Source: Thermoproteota archaeon (GTDB taxonomy: Archaea > Thermoproteota > Thermoprotei_A > EX4484-217-1 > JAPDJV01). From it: a stretch of DNA of 64,000 nt. Positions within the stretch are counted from its first letter, which is position 1. Every line of letters starts with the position of its first letter. Location: NCBI GenBank assembly GCA_029258925.1, contig JAPDJV010000009.1, positions 3,256 to 67,255 of the forward strand, in the 5' to 3' direction. Positions 61,626 to 64,000 of this stretch are shown here, one piece after another. The translations under genes were made by a program, and so were the position numbers. Below the pieces are notes generated by a model, which worked only from the letters and a program-made list of their open reading frames with translations, had not been told where the DNA came from and searched no databases.

Positions 61626-63098
61626 TCACTTTAGTTGCCTCTTACTCCTAGAAGACTTTAACAGCCTGCCTCTTCTTGCTATTAACATCCTATTTGCTTG
61701 ACGGGCAAATGCATCATTTAAGCTCGTATATGGAAGTCTGCTTCGGCCAACAAAATACTTAGGCTTCTTGAACCCTAGACGAGATAGTATGGAAGGAGTT
61801 ACATTTAAGAGGCTGATGCATCCCAAATATTTTGATCCAGCTTTTTTCTCCGGCGAGAGCCAAGCAAATATTCCATTCATGCTGTGAATATAGTATTTGG
61901 GTATTCTTGAAACAATTTTTGGAATTATTATACTTTCTAAAGCCCCGTAACCCTCCTTTAATTCTATGAGAAGATCGTGACAATAATTCCTGCAAATAGG
62001 ATAAATATCCTTAACTTTTCTAATACGTTTAATGGCTTTAGCTATAGTGTTCTCCCTGGCAATGGCATTCTTCACAATATCTGCCATTCTGTTATTAGCA
62101 ACTTTCACGTAAATGAATCTAGATGTTGGACCATGACAGGCGTAAGCCAAACCTATAATATTCTCACCCATCCTAGGCAACACTCTATGTTTCAAGAATA
62201 CTCGCCTAGTTTTATTGTAGGGAGCTATTGGAGCCATTAAGGTTGCAACTTTACTTAAAACTTCCATCGCAGTCTTCTTTAATCCTCTCCTACCTAGCTC
62301 AACAAGCCATCCCTTCTCCTCAAAGTAGTTATTTAAAAACACTGCCTTGTACGCAACATCGCTTGTTCCATGATCTGATACAAGAACTACTTCATAATTG
62401 TACCTAGCAGACTCTAATATTAAATCCTCTACTATTTCATCCGCTTTCCTATAGACTTTCATCCCTATAGAGATGCTATTAAAAATGTGCCATACGTGGT
62501 CAGTTTCGGGTATAACTGAGAAAACTAGTTTTGACCCACTTTTTAAAACCTCTTTTAAAACTTCCCCTCTTACCTCAATTTTTTTGCAGAGGTCTTTCAG
62601 ACTCCGGCTTCGACTATAAAGCTTTATTACATCAAACTTTTTGAGAAGACTATTCCTAAAATCTCTTGGACTTATACTGTTCTTAACGAGCTTTGCATCA
62701 ACTTCTCTTCCACTGGGATAGGGGGGACCCGAGAAGAATGTTGTTTTAGATGAGAGTTTTTGTACCGGGTGACTCATGGGAATCCAGAGCCATGTAGTTG
62801 GAACGTTCAATTCGTCGAGTATTTCCCATAGTAGAGGATATTCTGAATCATAAATGTTTACGATATTGCCCCTTGTAATATTATAAAAATTCCATATTCC
62901 GTGTTGAGTAGGCCATACCCCTGTAAATATGCTAGTCCACGCTACTGGCGTTGTTGGGGGAATTAGGCTTCTAGCTATCGCATACCAGCCTCTCTCGGTT
63001 ATTTTCTCGATAGTTTTAGGAGTAAACTTCAGTAGCCACTCATAACATGCTCCGTCAAGACCTAAAACCAGAATCTTTGACGCCACTTTGAACACCAT
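61626..63098 (-). CDS. alkaline-phosphatase-superfamily enzyme (type I phosphodiesterase / nucleotide pyrophosphatase-like)
   Basis: N-terminal ILVLGLDGACYEW ... metal-ligand region VVLVSDHGTS (SDHG) typical of the AlkP/NPP core. Start set at the internal Met (63098); the ORF is open upstream to 63287. Confidence 0.6.
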   Translation of the reverse strand: MVFKVASKILVLGLDGACYEWLLKFTPKTIEKITERGWYAIARSLIPPTTPVAWTSIFTGVWPTQHGIWNFYNITRGNIVNIYDSEYPLLWEILDELNVPTTWLWIPMSHPVQKLSSKTTFFSGPPYPSGREVDAKLVKNSISPRDFRNSLLKKFDVIKLYSRSRSLKDLCKKIEVRGEVLKEVLKSGSKLVFSVIPETDHVWHIFNSISIGMKVYRKADEIVEDLILESARYNYEVVLVSDHGTSDVAYKAVFLNNYFEEKGWLVELGRRGLKKTAMEVLSKVATLMAPIAPYNKTRRVFLKHRVLPRMGENIIGLAYACHGPTSRFIYVKVANNRMADIVKNAIARENTIAKAIKRIRKVKDIYPICRNYCHDLLIELKEGYGALESIIIPKIVSRIPKYYIHSMNGIFAWLSPEKKAGSKYLGCISLLNVTPSILSRLGFKKPKYFVGRSRLPYTSLNDAFARQANRMLIARRGRLLKSSRSKRQLK

Positions 63099-63575
63099 GA
63101 TTTTAATAAATATTAGTCGATCTCCAGATAACTGGATAAAGTAGTCATATATAATAGCATTTGAAAATCTAGCCTCCTGTAAAAAATCATTAGAGAGTCT
63201 ACAATTAATCAAGATAACCTTAATTTGACCCGATGTTGATGTGAGCAGTGTCCCGCTAGTTCTAGGATAATCCTCTCGTTCTATCATTTTTAACCGTTCA
63301 CCTAGACCGTGTTCTCATTTATCAAATTATGTCAAATTGTATCGGACACAGTTAGGTTCATCACGGTCTCCGCTGAGCCACCTACGGGAGCCTTTTTAGC
63401 TCCCCTCGGGAACCCAGCGGTAACCAGTAGATTTATTAATTTCTAGAGTTTATAAGTTTTCTGGGGATTCCCCTATATGGGTTATGTAACCTTGTGCCTC
63501 TCATTTAACGTTGGTGGTGATATAGCTAGGAGATTGCTTAGTACTGTTTGGTTGTTCAAGACTGCATCTCATAGG

Positions 63576-64000
63576 ATGCTTAATTTAGCGAAGCAGATGC
63601 CTATACTTCCTGCTACTGATATTGGTTGGAAGAATACGTTCCGTAAGATAATCTATGAGGTTATCCCTAACCGTAGGTATACTGATGGAGTAATAGTATT
63701 GGTTAGAAGTATCTACGAGTCATGCCGTCAGCTAGGTATAGACTTCAAGGAAGTAGAACTAGGGAACTGGCTAATGTTCCAGCAATCCGAGAAGGAGTAT
63801 CCCGTAAGAAACATAACCTTGAAGCAAGACTACGAGTTCCACATAACAACAATAGATTACAATGGTGAAGTTGAAAGAATAGTGGTTAAACCAACAATAC
63901 CTAAAAACTATAGGTTACTACTCAATAAACTCCTTGAAGAGAAACAAAAACATACAGGTAGAGTAGTAGTTAAGGACTATGGTGCTAGGAAGGATAAGTT
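63576..64000 (+). CDS. hypothetical protein (partial; continues beyond the window end)
   Basis: Open frame from the ATG at 63576 to the window edge (MLNLAKQMPILPATDIGWKNTFRK...), with a stop immediately upstream; no recognisable motifs. Confidence 0.3.
   Translation, partial: MLNLAKQMPILPATDIGWKNTFRKIIYEVIPNRRYTDGVIVLVRSIYESCRQLGIDFKEVELGNWLMFQQSEKEYPVRNITLKQDYEFHITTIDYNGEVERIVVKPTIPKNYRLLLNKLLEEKQKHTGRVVVKDYGARKDK

Overview
This 64 kb window is a core, non-accessory chromosomal region from a low-GC thermophilic crenarchaeon (Sulfolobales/Desulfurococcales-like). The evidence for that placement is a single-chain RpoB, an RpoD carrying Fe-S cysteines, a Tfb3-like TFB paralog and a tRNA intron at a non-canonical position. 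The region is densely packed with information-processing genes: rpoH-rpoB-rpoA'-rpoA''-L30e-nusA-S12 on the minus strand, S7-EF1alpha-S10-tRNA-Ser, the S13-S4-S11-rpoD-L18e-L13-S9-rpoN-S2 cluster, L7Ae/S28e/L24e/ndk/aIF5B, S6e-aIF2gamma-PIN-rpoE'-spt4-DUF359-S24e-S27ae-kae1-bud32, and S15-RecJ/Cdc45-like-pcc1. It also holds two proteasome beta genes, aCPSF1, an egsA lipid gene, a mevalonate/isoprenoid operon (ipk-idi2-GGPP synthase) headed by a degenerate GHMP-kinase-like protein, FAD-synthesis genes (ribL next to an RbkR-type riboflavin kinase), an rtcA-NOG1-MJ1316 RNA-repair neighbourhood, and a membrane protein / AlkP-like pair. There is no CRISPR array, no rRNA and no obvious mobile-element island. 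The most unusual observations are listed below. (1) The NMN adenylyltransferase gene has no in-frame NTG start: its catalytic HxGH motif lies upstream of the first ATG, and the gene sits in the same frame as the upstream DUF62 SAM-hydroxide adenosyltransferase gene, separated by a single TGA. (2) A 425-aa LAGLIDADG intein splits the P-loop of aIF5B. (3) tRNA-Lys(UUU) carries a 30-nt intron inside the anticodon stem (position 29/30 or 30/31). (4) A ferritin-like/VIT1 iron transporter gene is broken by a -1 frameshift in a T7 run. (5) Several non-coding stretches may hold RNAs or regulatory arrays: a 585-bp gap, a GC-rich structured element near 63.4 kb, AGATAG repeats upstream of the VIT1 gene, and a possible K-turn in the L7Ae 5' UTR.
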